64,000 nucleotides of DNA from Xanthobacteraceae bacterium (lineage in GTDB: Bacteria; Pseudomonadota; Alphaproteobacteria; Rhizobiales; Xanthobacteraceae), in assembly GCA_035703785.1 (NCBI GenBank), contig DASSXN010000118.1, forward strand, positions 40,202-104,201. The letters are read 5' to 3'. The notes beneath the pieces are model-generated. The model was not told the DNA's origin. It ran no database searches and saw nothing but the letters and a program-made list of their open reading frames with translations. The number at the start of each line of letters is the position of its first letter. The first letter of the stretch is position 1. The translations under genes were made by a program, and so were the position numbers. Positions 8,874 through 18,165 of the stretch are shown piece by piece.

Positions 8874-9458
8874 ATGGATAACTGGGCGTTTTTTTTAGCA
8901 ACGGCATGCGTCGTTACACTTTGGGTGATTCTGCCACTAATTCCAGCGGTATTGATTTACTGGCTCTTTCCAAACGCCGCTGTATCCATCAGGGGGATTT
9001 TGGTGCCGGGCCTCACAATAAAAGCTGGTGGCGCGTTTGCGGCTTATTTAACTGTGTTGCTTGTGATCAAGCCGTGGGTTGACGAGGCGTACATCGATAT
9101 TGGCGGGTGGCTCCACCCAGCCTGGACAATTACGGGAGCCCTCCGTCTGATTGATAAAAACGGAACGCTAGCGCATCCCGGCGACGCTTTTTTCCAGAAG
9201 ATACGCCCCAAGACGCAACCGGAAATGAATTCGTTCGGAGACCCCACTTTTACAATTACTATTCCAGAGGGCCCGAGAGGCATTCCGCAAGTCTTTCTCG
9301 TTGTCCCAGATTACAATGTGTCCGTGCCGATAAAATTAGGTAAAAAGGATTTCATTCACAAAACTGCAGAAATCGACGGTGATGCGATCGAAATACGAGA
9401 GCCGCTCCGGAACGACTCGGATGATCGCCAACCTCTAATAGATCGCGTTCGGAGATAG
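8874..9458 (+). CDS. hypothetical membrane protein (2 N-terminal TM helices plus C-terminal domain)
   Basis: ATG is preceded by AAGGGA. AT-rich like the TPR gene 78 bp upstream. No motif recognised. Confidence 0.5.
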   Translation: MDNWAFFLATACVVTLWVILPLIPAVLIYWLFPNAAVSIRGILVPGLTIKAGGAFAAYLTVLLVIKPWVDEAYIDIGGWLHPAWTITGALRLIDKNGTLAHPGDAFFQKIRPKTQPEMNSFGDPTFTITIPEGPRGIPQVFLVVPDYNVSVPIKLGKKDFIHKTAEIDGDAIEIREPLRNDSDDRQPLIDRVRR

Positions 9459-9547
9459 GGACACAGCAAAAGACCTCGCTATCGCATGGTCCTTTGCGTG
9501 AACAGTTTCTTCGGCGGCGCTGTCGCGATCAGCACGCGACTGATCAC

Positions 9548-10261
9548 TCAAATCAACCTCAGCCCCTTCAGGCTCGCATGCCCGTCTTTGCCGACGATGA
9601 GGTGATCGTGAACCGAAATGCCGAGCGGGCCCGCCACCGCGATAATCTGCTGCGTCATCTGGATATCGGCTTGCGAGGGCGTCGGATCGCCCGATGGATG
9701 ATTGTGCACCAGGATGATCGCACTCGCCGATAATTCAAGCGCGCGCTTGACCACTTCGCGCGGATAGACCGGCGTGTGATCGACGGTGCCGGTCTGCTGC
9801 ACTTCGTCGGCGATGAGCGCATTGCGCTTGTCGAGAAATAGCACCCGGAACTGTTCCCGATCGGCGAAGCCCTGCGCGGTGCGGCAATAGTCGAGCACGC
9901 TCGACCACGAGGACAGCACCGGCCGCTTTTTCAGGGCGCCGCGGAGAAGCCGGCTCGCCGCCGCCTGCACGATCTTCAGTTCGGTGATGCCGGCGCCGCC
10001 AAGCCCCTTCACTTCGGCGAGCCGCGCCTCCGGCGCTGCGATCACTTCAGCAAAGGAGCCGAATTTCGCCAGCAGCGTCTTGGCGAGCGGCTTGACATCA
10101 CGGCGCGGCAGCGCGCGAAACAGCAGCAGCTCCAACAGCTCATAGTCCGATAGCGCATCGGCGCCGGCTTCACGGAAGCGGCCGCGCAGGCGTTCGCGAT
10201 GACCGTGATAATGCGGCGCGGCGTCGGCAAGCCCGCCATCGCTCTCGCGCTTCTTTTCCAG
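9548..10261 (-). CDS. radC: RadC family protein (JAMM/MPN+ domain)
   Basis: [22 protein letters not shown] motif. The RadC-like N-terminus [34 protein letters not shown] continues upstream of the TTG at 10135. The probable non-canonical start is CTG 10259-10261, with CGGAG 7 nt upstream. Confidence 0.85.
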   Translation of the reverse strand: MEKKRESDGGLADAAPHYHGHRERLRGRFREAGADALSDYELLELLLFRALPRRDVKPLAKTLLAKFGSFAEVIAAPEARLAEVKGLGGAGITELKIVQAAASRLLRGALKKRPVLSSWSSVLDYCRTAQGFADREQFRVLFLDKRNALIADEVQQTGTVDHTPVYPREVVKRALELSASAIILVHNHPSGDPTPSQADIQMTQQIIAVAGPLGISVHDHLIVGKDGHASLKGLRLI

Positions 10262-10382
10262 GATGAAACTCCGGACCCAGACCTCAATCGGCCGGCGACC
10301 CGCCCCCAGCCGCGGCCAAGCATGACGGGGCCAGAGAATTTTGCAATCGGCTTAGGGCCGCACAATCCGCCGGCCCAATCGC

Positions 10383-11207
10383 TCACTGCCGATAGGGCGG
10401 CTTGTCGAATCCCTTCGGCGACAGCGTGAAAATCTCAACGCCGGTTTCGGTCACGCCGACCGAGTGCTCGAATTGTGCGGAGAGCGAGCGATCGCGCGTC
10501 ACCGCCGTCCAGCCATCGGACAAGACCTTCACATGCGGCCGGCCGAGATTGATCATCGGCTCGACGGTGAAGAACATGCCGGGCTTGAGTACGATTCCCT
10601 CGCCCGGCCGGCCGATATGCACGACATTCGGTTCGTCATGGAATAGCCGGCCGACACCATGGCCGCAAAAATCGCGCACCACGCTCATGTGCTGGGCTTC
10701 CACGAAAGTCTGGATCGCGTGACCGATATCGCCGGTGGTGCCGCCCGGTCTGATCGCGGCGATGCCGCGCATCATGCCTTCATAGGTGACCTCGACCAGC
10801 CGCTCGGCGCGACGCGGGATTTCGCCGACCGCATACATGCGGCTGGAATCGCCATGCCACTCGTCGAGGATCAGCGTGACGTCGACATTGACGATGTCGC
10901 CCTCGCGCAGCGGCTTGTCGCTCGGAATGCCGTGACAGACAACGTGGTTGACCGAGGTGCAGGTCGCCTTGCGGTAGCCGCGATACATCAGGGTCGCCGG
11001 CAGCGCGCCGCGGTCCATGCCGAACTCGAATACCCGGCGGTCGATGTGCTCCGTCGTCACGCCGGGTTTGATCTCACCGACCAGCATGTCGAGACATTCG
11101 GCCGCAAGCCGTCCGGCCTTGCGCATGCCGGCAAAGGCGTCAGGGCCGTGAATTTTGATCTGCCCGGTTTTGCGTAGCGGCGCACAGGCTGCATCGACAT
11201 AGGTCAT
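10383..11207 (-). CDS. map: type I methionine aminopeptidase
   Basis: VCHGIPSDKPLREGDIVNVDVT and HGVGRLFHDEP motifs. Start at MTYVDAAC gives 274 aa. The longer track ORF is an over-extension. Confidence 0.93.
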   Translation of the reverse strand: MTYVDAACAPLRKTGQIKIHGPDAFAGMRKAGRLAAECLDMLVGEIKPGVTTEHIDRRVFEFGMDRGALPATLMYRGYRKATCTSVNHVVCHGIPSDKPLREGDIVNVDVTLILDEWHGDSSRMYAVGEIPRRAERLVEVTYEGMMRGIAAIRPGGTTGDIGHAIQTFVEAQHMSVVRDFCGHGVGRLFHDEPNVVHIGRPGEGIVLKPGMFFTVEPMINLGRPHVKVLSDGWTAVTRDRSLSAQFEHSVGVTETGVEIFTLSPKGFDKPPYRQ

Positions 11208-11289
11208 GGCGTGTCGGGAATATCGGTAGAGACTGAGGCCTTCAATGTAAGCATCGACGGCAACAACGCAAGCAAATGCCGCGCGCCCC

Positions 11290-12273
11290 CTAATTAACGA
11301 TTCTGCCACCCAATTCGTCATCAATATGGACGCGGATGATGTCGTCAAACGAGGCATCGCCGCGAAAGCCGAGCGCGAGCGCCCGACGCGGATCGAAACG
11401 GCTCGGCCAGCCGGCCACGATGCGTGCGATCAGCGGATCGGGCTCGCGGCGGATGCGCGCCGCCGCTTTGTCGCCGGCGATCCGCCGCAAGGCGGCGATC
11501 TGCTCGGCCACCGTGCAGCAGACGCCGGGCATGGTGAGATTGATGCGGGGGCCGAGGTTTCCGGCGTCCAGTCCGGCAGCATGGATCAGAAATCCCACCG
11601 CCGCGCGCGGACTGGCGTGCCAGTGCAGCACACTGTCCTCGACCGGCAGCACCGCCTCTTGGCCGGCGAGCGGTTCGCGAATGATTGAGGAGAAAAACCC
11701 CGAAGCGGCTTTGTTCGGCTTGCCCGGTCGCACCACGATGCTCGGCAGCCGGATGCCGATGCCGGAGAGGAATCCGCGACGCGTATAGTCGGCGAGCAGA
11801 AGTTCAATGGCCGCTTTTTGCGTGCCATAGGAGGTCAGCGGGGTGAGATGAAAATCGTCGGCGATGGCATCGGGAAACGGCGCGCCGAACACCGCGATGG
11901 ATGAGGTAAAGACCAGCCGCGGGCGATAGCCGTCGCCGACGGCGCGAACCGAGTCGAGCAGCGCGCGCGAGCCGTCGAGATTGATGCGCATGCCTTTGTC
12001 GAAATCGAGTTCGGCTTCGGCGGAGACTACCGCGGCAAGATGAAAGATCACGTCAGGCCGAGTGGCGATGAGCTTTTGCAGTGCCGCGGGATCGGCAATG
12101 TCGCCGGCCACAGTCGCAACTGACTCGGAAAATTTCTCTGGCTTCGCCGGAGCCGTGACGTCGAGCAGCGTAAGCTTGTCGATCCGCCGATTGTCGAGCG
12201 CGCCGTCGGCCAGCAGCCGCGCCGTCAGCTTGCGCCCGATCATGCCGGCGGCGCCGGTGATGAAAATGTGCAT
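11290..12273 (-). CDS. NAD-dependent epimerase/dehydratase family protein, D-erythronate dehydrogenase (DenD)-like
   Basis: MHIFITGAAGMIGRKL Rossmann motif and YGTQK catalytic motif. ATG 12271-12273 with GAGG SD. Confidence 0.85.
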   Translation of the reverse strand: MHIFITGAAGMIGRKLTARLLADGALDNRRIDKLTLLDVTAPAKPEKFSESVATVAGDIADPAALQKLIATRPDVIFHLAAVVSAEAELDFDKGMRINLDGSRALLDSVRAVGDGYRPRLVFTSSIAVFGAPFPDAIADDFHLTPLTSYGTQKAAIELLLADYTRRGFLSGIGIRLPSIVVRPGKPNKAASGFFSSIIREPLAGQEAVLPVEDSVLHWHASPRAAVGFLIHAAGLDAGNLGPRINLTMPGVCCTVAEQIAALRRIAGDKAAARIRREPDPLIARIVAGWPSRFDPRRALALGFRGDASFDDIIRVHIDDELGGRIVN

Positions 12274-12361
12274 TGATCCAACCTCGCGCGTCGCGCGCCC
12301 CCGGAATGCGCGCGTCTTACAGTGCCATTTGTTATAGCGCCATTTGTTATAGCGCGATGTG

Positions 12362-13120
12362 TTACAACGCCATGCCGCCGTCGACCAAATGCGGCTGACC
12401 GGTGATGTAGCTTGCCTCGTCACTGCCGAGAAAGACCGCGAGCGCGGCAACCTCCTGCGCGGTGCCGAGCCGGCCCATCGGCTGCCGACCGATAAAGGCC
12501 TGGCGGACCTCGCTGGTCGAGCGCCCGGTCTCCTTTGACAAGGTTGCGATGCGCTCTTCCAGCGACGGCGACTCGATGGTGCCGGGACAAATGGCATTGC
12601 AGCGGATGCCTTGATTGATGAAATCCGCGGCGACCGCCTTGGTGAGCCCGATCACCGCCGCTTTGGTGGCGCCATAGACGTAACGATTGGGAACGCCGCG
12701 GATCGACGACACCGCCGACGAAATGTTCACGATTGAGCCCGACTTCTTCTCCAGCATCCCGGGCAGGAAAGCCTTGATGGTGCGGTGCATAGATTTGACG
12801 TTGAGATCGAAGGAAAAATCCCAGTCCCGATCGCCGCACCCGAGAATGCTGCCGTTGTGCACGTAGCCGGCACAGTTCACCAGGACATCCAGCGCGCCGA
12901 ATTCGCTTGCCACCACCTTGGCGACGGCGTCGACGTTGTCCTGCGCGCGCACATCGAGCTTGATGCGCTTCGCCGCTTTAAGATCGCGGACCTTGTCTTC
13001 GGCGACATCGGTGGCGATGACCTCGCCGCCCTCATTGGCGAAGGCCTCGGCGATGGCGCGGCCGATGCCCTGCCCCGCCGCGGTAACCAGCGCCACTTTA
13101 CCTTGAAGCCTGTTGCTCAT
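12362..13120 (-). CDS. SDR family oxidoreductase
   Basis: LQGKVALVTAAGQGIGRAI (TGxxxGxG) and YGATKAAV (YxxxK). ATG 13118-13120 is preceded by AGGAGG. Confidence 0.9.
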   Translation of the reverse strand: MSNRLQGKVALVTAAGQGIGRAIAEAFANEGGEVIATDVAEDKVRDLKAAKRIKLDVRAQDNVDAVAKVVASEFGALDVLVNCAGYVHNGSILGCGDRDWDFSFDLNVKSMHRTIKAFLPGMLEKKSGSIVNISSAVSSIRGVPNRYVYGATKAAVIGLTKAVAADFINQGIRCNAICPGTIESPSLEERIATLSKETGRSTSEVRQAFIGRQPMGRLGTAQEVAALAVFLGSDEASYITGQPHLVDGGMAL

Positions 13121-13838
13121 TCTGTCCTCCTGCGGCGGCATTCAATGCTGCAAGGCTCTCGCGTTGGACGCCCTGCGCGTCGAAATTCTCAGGGCTCAGC
13201 CAGTGTTCGAAGTTGCGCTTACGCGATGGCCATTCGCTGTCGAGCATGGAAAACCAGGCGTCATCGCGATTGCGACCCTTGGCAATCATGTGCTGGCGGA
13301 AAGTGCCCTCGTAGACGAATCCATAGCGAAGCGCGGCCCGCCGCGACGCGGCGTTGAATGAATTGCATTTCCACTCGTAGCGGCGATAGCCGAGCGTCTC
13401 GAACACGTAACGCGCCAACAGATACTGGGCTTCGGTGCCGAGCGGCGTGCGCTGCAATGTGGGCGAATAGAGCACATGTCCGACTTCGATCACCCGCATC
13501 GGCGGGTTGATGCGCAACAGCGTGAAATAACCGACGGCGCGATCCTGCGCATCGATGATCGCATAGGCATAGGGATCGTCCGCGGCCGCGCGCTTGGCAA
13601 TGAACGGGGCGAACTCAGACGCATCGACGAATGGGCCGTCGGTAGAAATATAGGTCCAGACATGATCATGGCCCGCAAATACCGTCCATAGATCGGACCA
13701 ATGATCGGGCCGCAGTTTTTCCAGGCGGCCGTAACGTCCCTTTAACGTGACCGGCCCCGGGCGCGGCGCAGCCCCGGTTTTCTCGACCGGCAGCCCAATC
13801 GGCTGCCCGGTAATCGGGTGAGGCTCGGATGCAGTCAC
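13098..13838 (-). CDS. GNAT family N-acetyltransferase (RimJ/RimL-like)
   Basis: RYEWKCNSFNAASRRAALRYGFVYEGTFRQH is typical of RimL-type GNATs. Overlaps both neighbouring genes, so an operon is likely. Confidence 0.8.
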   Translation of the reverse strand: MTASEPHPITGQPIGLPVEKTGAAPRPGPVTLKGRYGRLEKLRPDHWSDLWTVFAGHDHVWTYISTDGPFVDASEFAPFIAKRAAADDPYAYAIIDAQDRAVGYFTLLRINPPMRVIEVGHVLYSPTLQRTPLGTEAQYLLARYVFETLGYRRYEWKCNSFNAASRRAALRYGFVYEGTFRQHMIAKGRNRDDAWFSMLDSEWPSRKRNFEHWLSPENFDAQGVQRESLAALNAAAGGQNEQQASR

Positions 13839-14692
13839 GGCGACCCGCCCTTTTTCCGATCGGCGCTGAAGAATTCGTTCAGTTCGGCGTTGCCGATCAG
13901 GCCGGCAAAACCGTCGAACTTGCCGTCGCGCGCGATCTCGGTCGCGACCCGAATGAAGGCGTGCATGGCGACGCGCGCCAGCGACCCGCCGACGCTGATA
14001 CGGCGCACGCCCATTGCCGCCAAGTCGCCAACCGTGAAGCCGAATGCGCCGCTGTTAAGAAAATTGACCGGCTTAGGCGCGACTGCCCTCACCACGGCCT
14101 CGATTTGCTCGCGGGTCTTGACGCCGGGTGCATAAAGACAGTCTGCGCCAACGTCCTTATAGGCGCGAAGCCGGCGAATGACGTCGTCGAGATCGGGAAC
14201 GCCGCGGATGAAGCCCTCGGCCCGCGCCGTGAATACGACATCGCCGCCGGCGCGATCGATCGCCGCGCGCGCGGCCTTGACGCGTGCGACCGCGATATCG
14301 AAAGGATAAAGCGGTATAGCGCCGTTGTTCGGCGAGTCCTCGATGGAAAGACCCGTGACGCCGGTCGCCACACAGCGCGTGACGTTTTGCGCGAGACCAT
14401 CGAGATCGTCAGCCAAGCCATCCTCGAAATCGGCGTTCAGCGGCACATCGGTCGCCGCCGCAAGTTCGCGGAAATGCGCAAGCACCGCCTCGCAGCTGAG
14501 TGCGCCGTCGGCATAACCTTGCGAATGCGCATAACCCGAGCTCGTCGTCGCCAGCGCTGGAAAGCCCAGGCTTTGCAGGTAGCGCGCGCTGCCGACGTTC
14601 CACGGATTGGGAATGACGAAGCAGCCGGCCTCGTGAAGCTTCCGGAAGGTTTTGCGTTTCTCGGCGGCGGACGGTCGAGTCATTGTACTCAT
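13835..14692 (-). CDS. isocitrate lyase/PEP mutase family protein
   Basis: FRKLHEAGCFVIPNPWNVGSARYLQSLGFPALATTSSG N-terminus is typical of the ICL/PEPM superfamily. Its stop overlaps the GNAT start (ATGA). Confidence 0.88.
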   Translation of the reverse strand: MSTMTRPSAAEKRKTFRKLHEAGCFVIPNPWNVGSARYLQSLGFPALATTSSGYAHSQGYADGALSCEAVLAHFRELAAATDVPLNADFEDGLADDLDGLAQNVTRCVATGVTGLSIEDSPNNGAIPLYPFDIAVARVKAARAAIDRAGGDVVFTARAEGFIRGVPDLDDVIRRLRAYKDVGADCLYAPGVKTREQIEAVVRAVAPKPVNFLNSGAFGFTVGDLAAMGVRRISVGGSLARVAMHAFIRVATEIARDGKFDGFAGLIGNAELNEFFSADRKKGGSP

Positions 14693-14783
14693 TCCCGGCT
14701 ACGTCATTGCGGTTGAAAGCGATCACAATGTGCCACGGTCCCGGTAACGATGACTACGGGTGAGCGGCGGGTCAAAAATAACT

Positions 14784-16595
14784 TTAGTGATTGTCGCGCG
14801 GCACCGATTTCTGCGCGACCCGCTGATATTTCACGGCCGGAGCCAAGACCATGCCGTCGGCGAGCTGATCGACCATGGCGCGCTGGATTTCCTGCCACGG
14901 CGTCTGGCTCGCCGGATATTGATAGCCGCCACTCTTCTCCAGCGCCGCGCGGCGCGCAGCCAACTCGGCGGCGGATATCAGAATATCGGCGCTGCCCTTG
15001 TTAAGATCGATGCGCACCTGATCGCCGGTCTTGAGCAAAGCCAGACCGCCGCCCGCCGCCGCTTCCGGCGAGGCATTAAGGATCGACGGCGAACCGGACG
15101 TGCCGGACTGCCGGCCGTCGCCGATGCAGGCGAGCGAAGTGACCCCTTGTTTGATCAGGGCCGCCGGCGGCTGCATGTTCACAACCTCGGCCGAGCCGGG
15201 ATAGCCGATCGGTCCCGCGCCGCGCATGAACAGGATCGTGTGCTCATCGATCCCAAGCGACGGATCGTCGATGCGGCGATGATAATCCTCAGGCCCGTCG
15301 AACACGACGGCGCGGCCTTCGAACGCATTCGGATCCTTGGGATTGGAGAGATAACGATTGCGAAATTCCTTGGAGATCACGCTCGTTTTCATGATCGCGG
15401 AATCGAACAAGTTGCCGCGCAGCACTTTGAATCCTGCTGTCGCTTTCAGCGGCCGATCGTAGGATCGGATGACATCAGCATTGCAGACTTTCGCCCGCAC
15501 GACGTTTTCGGCGACCGTCTCGCCGTTGATCGTGAGCGCATCGCCGTGCAGTCGCCTGGCAACGTGAAGCTCATGCATCACCGCCGGCAGACCACCGGCG
15601 CGAAAATAGTCTTCGCCGAGATACTCCCCCGCTGGCTGAATATTGACGAGCAGCGGCACGTGGTAGCCGATCTTTTCCCAGTCATCGACGGTGAGTTCGA
15701 CGCCGACATGGCGCGCTATCGCGTTGACATGGATTGGCGCATTGGTCGATCCGCCGATCGCCGAACAGGCGACAATCGCGTTCTCGAACGCCGCGCGAGT
15801 GAGTATATCCGAAGGCTTGAGGTCTTCGCGGACGATCTCGACGGCGCGCAGGCCGGTCTCATACGCGATTTGTCCGCGTTCGCGGTAAGGCGCGGGAATG
15901 GCCGCACAGCCCGGCAGCGACATGCCGAGCGCCTCCGCCATCGCGTTCATGGTCGATGCGGTGCCCATCGAGTTGCAATGTCCGGCCGACGGCGCTGAGC
16001 GCGCGACGATATCGATGAATTCCTTGTAGTCGATCATGCCGGCCGCTTCGTCCTGGCGCGCTTGCCAGATCAGCGTACCGGAACCCATCAGCTTGCCGTT
16101 CTCAACGTGGTTGAGCATTGGGCCGCCGGACAGCACGATTGCTGGCGTGTTCACCGTGGCCGCGGCCATCAGGCAAGCGGGCGTGGTCTTATCGCAGCCA
16201 GTCATCAGCACCACGCCGTCAAGCGGATAGCCGTAGAGCACTTCGACCAGCCCGAGATAAGCGAGGTTGCGGTCGAGCGCTGCGGTCGGCCGCTTGCCGG
16301 TTTCTTGAATCGGATGCACCGGAAATTCTATGGCGATGCCGCCGGCATCGCGGATGCCGGCGCGCACGCGCTGCGCCAATTCAAGGTGATGGCGATTGCA
16401 CGGGCTCAAATCCGAACCGGTTTGGGCGATGCCGATGATCGGACGGCCTGACGTCAATTCGGCCCGGGTCAGACCATAATTGAGATAGCGCTCGAGGTAG
16501 AGCGCGGTCATTCCCGGATTATCGGGATTGTCGAACCATAACTGCGAGCGTAGACGCGTTTGCGTTTCGCCTCGCGCGCTCTTGTCCCTGGCCAT
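14784..16595 (-). CDS. IlvD/Edd family dehydratase (L-arabinonate/D-xylonate dehydratase-like)
   Basis: [27 protein letters not shown]...[16 protein letters not shown]...TGCDKTTPA motifs. ATG 16593-16595 with GGAGAAGG SD. Confidence 0.92.
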   Translation of the reverse strand: MARDKSARGETQTRLRSQLWFDNPDNPGMTALYLERYLNYGLTRAELTSGRPIIGIAQTGSDLSPCNRHHLELAQRVRAGIRDAGGIAIEFPVHPIQETGKRPTAALDRNLAYLGLVEVLYGYPLDGVVLMTGCDKTTPACLMAAATVNTPAIVLSGGPMLNHVENGKLMGSGTLIWQARQDEAAGMIDYKEFIDIVARSAPSAGHCNSMGTASTMNAMAEALGMSLPGCAAIPAPYRERGQIAYETGLRAVEIVREDLKPSDILTRAAFENAIVACSAIGGSTNAPIHVNAIARHVGVELTVDDWEKIGYHVPLLVNIQPAGEYLGEDYFRAGGLPAVMHELHVARRLHGDALTINGETVAENVVRAKVCNADVIRSYDRPLKATAGFKVLRGNLFDSAIMKTSVISKEFRNRYLSNPKDPNAFEGRAVVFDGPEDYHRRIDDPSLGIDEHTILFMRGAGPIGYPGSAEVVNMQPPAALIKQGVTSLACIGDGRQSGTSGSPSILNASPEAAAGGGLALLKTGDQVRIDLNKGSADILISAAELAARRAALEKSGGYQYPASQTPWQEIQRAMVDQLADGMVLAPAVKYQRVAQKSVPRDNH

Positions 16596-16970
16596 TACCT
16601 TCTCCGACTGAATTTGACGGTGTGATCGTGCAGCGTCGCAAAATGCTTGCGATGCAATCTCCGCAGAATGCCGCATTGCTGCTCGGTAGATATACCGCCT
16701 TTGCATAAGCGCGAGCGGCAAGCGGCAATGGCAATGCGCGTGTAATCAACTGACACGGAATGCATTTTATCGCTACCGCCCGCGCGATGCCGCATTTGCG
16801 TTTGCAATTCCGCAACACCCGCTGCATCGCAAGCATTTGATTGTACGAAAGAATAACGTGATGCTCAGGTTTCTAATCCGCCATTGTGCGGCCGCCGGCG
16901 GAGCCTCGCGTGTGTTTGCATTTGCGGTCCGATTGGGTTGAAGTGCCGCCCTGTTTTGGGGGGGAATGCC

Positions 16971-18152
16971 ATGTTGAAGACCGTCGCGGCGTTTGACCGT
17001 ATCGGCGAAGAAAATGCGTTTGCCGTTCTGGCGCGGGCCATGCAGCTTGCCGCGCAAGGGCGCGACATCATCAATCTCGGCATCGGCCAGCCCGATTTCC
17101 GCACCCCCGATTTTATCGTCGAAGCGGCAATCAAGGCGCTGCGCGACGGCCATCATGGCTACACGCCCGCGGTCGGCATCCTCCCCTTGCGCGAAGCGGT
17201 TGCGGCCGATCTCGGCAAACGCTTTGCCGTCAAGGTCTCGCCCGATGAAGTGATGATCATGCCGGGCGGCAAGCCGACCATGTTCATGTCGATCCTGATG
17301 TTCGGCGAGCCGGGCGCTGACATTCTCTATCCCGATCCCGGATTTCCGATTTACCGCTCCATGATCGAATATACCGGCGCGCGTCCAGTGCCGGTGCCGA
17401 TCCGCGAAGAAAACAATTTCGCGTTCTCGGCCGAAGAAACGCTGAAGCTGATCACGCCCCGCACGCGGCTTCTCATTCTCAACTCGCCCGCCAATCCCAC
17501 GGGCGGCGTCACGCCGAAAGCGGAAGTCGATAAACTCGTAGCCGGGCTGGAGCGCTTTCCCGATGTCGCGATCATGTCGGACGAGATCTACGACCACATG
17601 GTCTATGACGGCGAAAAGCACGTTTGTCTGCTCGCTTATCCGTCGATCCGCGACCGTCTGATCCTGCTCAACGGCTGGTCGAAAACCTACGCGATGACCG
17701 GATGGCGGCTTGGTTATGCGGTATGGCCGGGCAAGCTTTACGAATATGCACGCAAGCTCGCGGTCAATCTGCACTCCTGCGTCAACGCTTCGGCGCAATA
17801 TGCCGGGCTCGCGGCGCTGACCGGCCCGCAAGACGAGCCGGCGCGCATGGTGGCTGAGTTCGACAGGCGCCGCAAAGTCGTGGTCGCCGGCTTGAACAAG
17901 CTCCCGGGAATTTCCTGCGCCACGCCGAAGGGCGCGTTCTACGCGTTTCCCAGCATCAAGCGCACCGGCTGGAAAGCCAAGGCTTTGGCGTCGGCGCTCC
18001 TGGAAGACGCCGGCGTGGCGCTGATCGGCGGGCCCGATTTCGGCATTCTCGGCGAAGGCTATATGCGCGTCTCCTATGCCAATTCGACTGAGAACATTGT
18101 GAAGGCGCTCGATCGCGTCGGCGAGTTTCTGACATCGCGCAAGGCGGCGTAA
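16971..18152 (+). CDS. pyridoxal-phosphate-dependent aminotransferase (class I, aspartate aminotransferase-like)
   Basis: INLGIGQPDF, NSPANPTG and SKTYAMTGWRLGY (PLP lysine) motifs. Start at MLKTVAAFDRIGEE. Confidence 0.92.
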   Translation: MLKTVAAFDRIGEENAFAVLARAMQLAAQGRDIINLGIGQPDFRTPDFIVEAAIKALRDGHHGYTPAVGILPLREAVAADLGKRFAVKVSPDEVMIMPGGKPTMFMSILMFGEPGADILYPDPGFPIYRSMIEYTGARPVPVPIREENNFAFSAEETLKLITPRTRLLILNSPANPTGGVTPKAEVDKLVAGLERFPDVAIMSDEIYDHMVYDGEKHVCLLAYPSIRDRLILLNGWSKTYAMTGWRLGYAVWPGKLYEYARKLAVNLHSCVNASAQYAGLAALTGPQDEPARMVAEFDRRRKVVVAGLNKLPGISCATPKGAFYAFPSIKRTGWKAKALASALLEDAGVALIGGPDFGILGEGYMRVSYANSTENIVKALDRVGEFLTSRKAA

Positions 18153-18165
18153 CCCCTCCTCGGCG

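Noticed and set aside
14760-15998. 412-aa plus-strand ORF
   Set aside because: It is antisense to the IlvD/Edd dehydratase gene. This is a shadow ORF.
16773-17831. 352-aa minus-strand ORF
   Set aside because: It is antisense to the aminotransferase gene. This is a shadow ORF.
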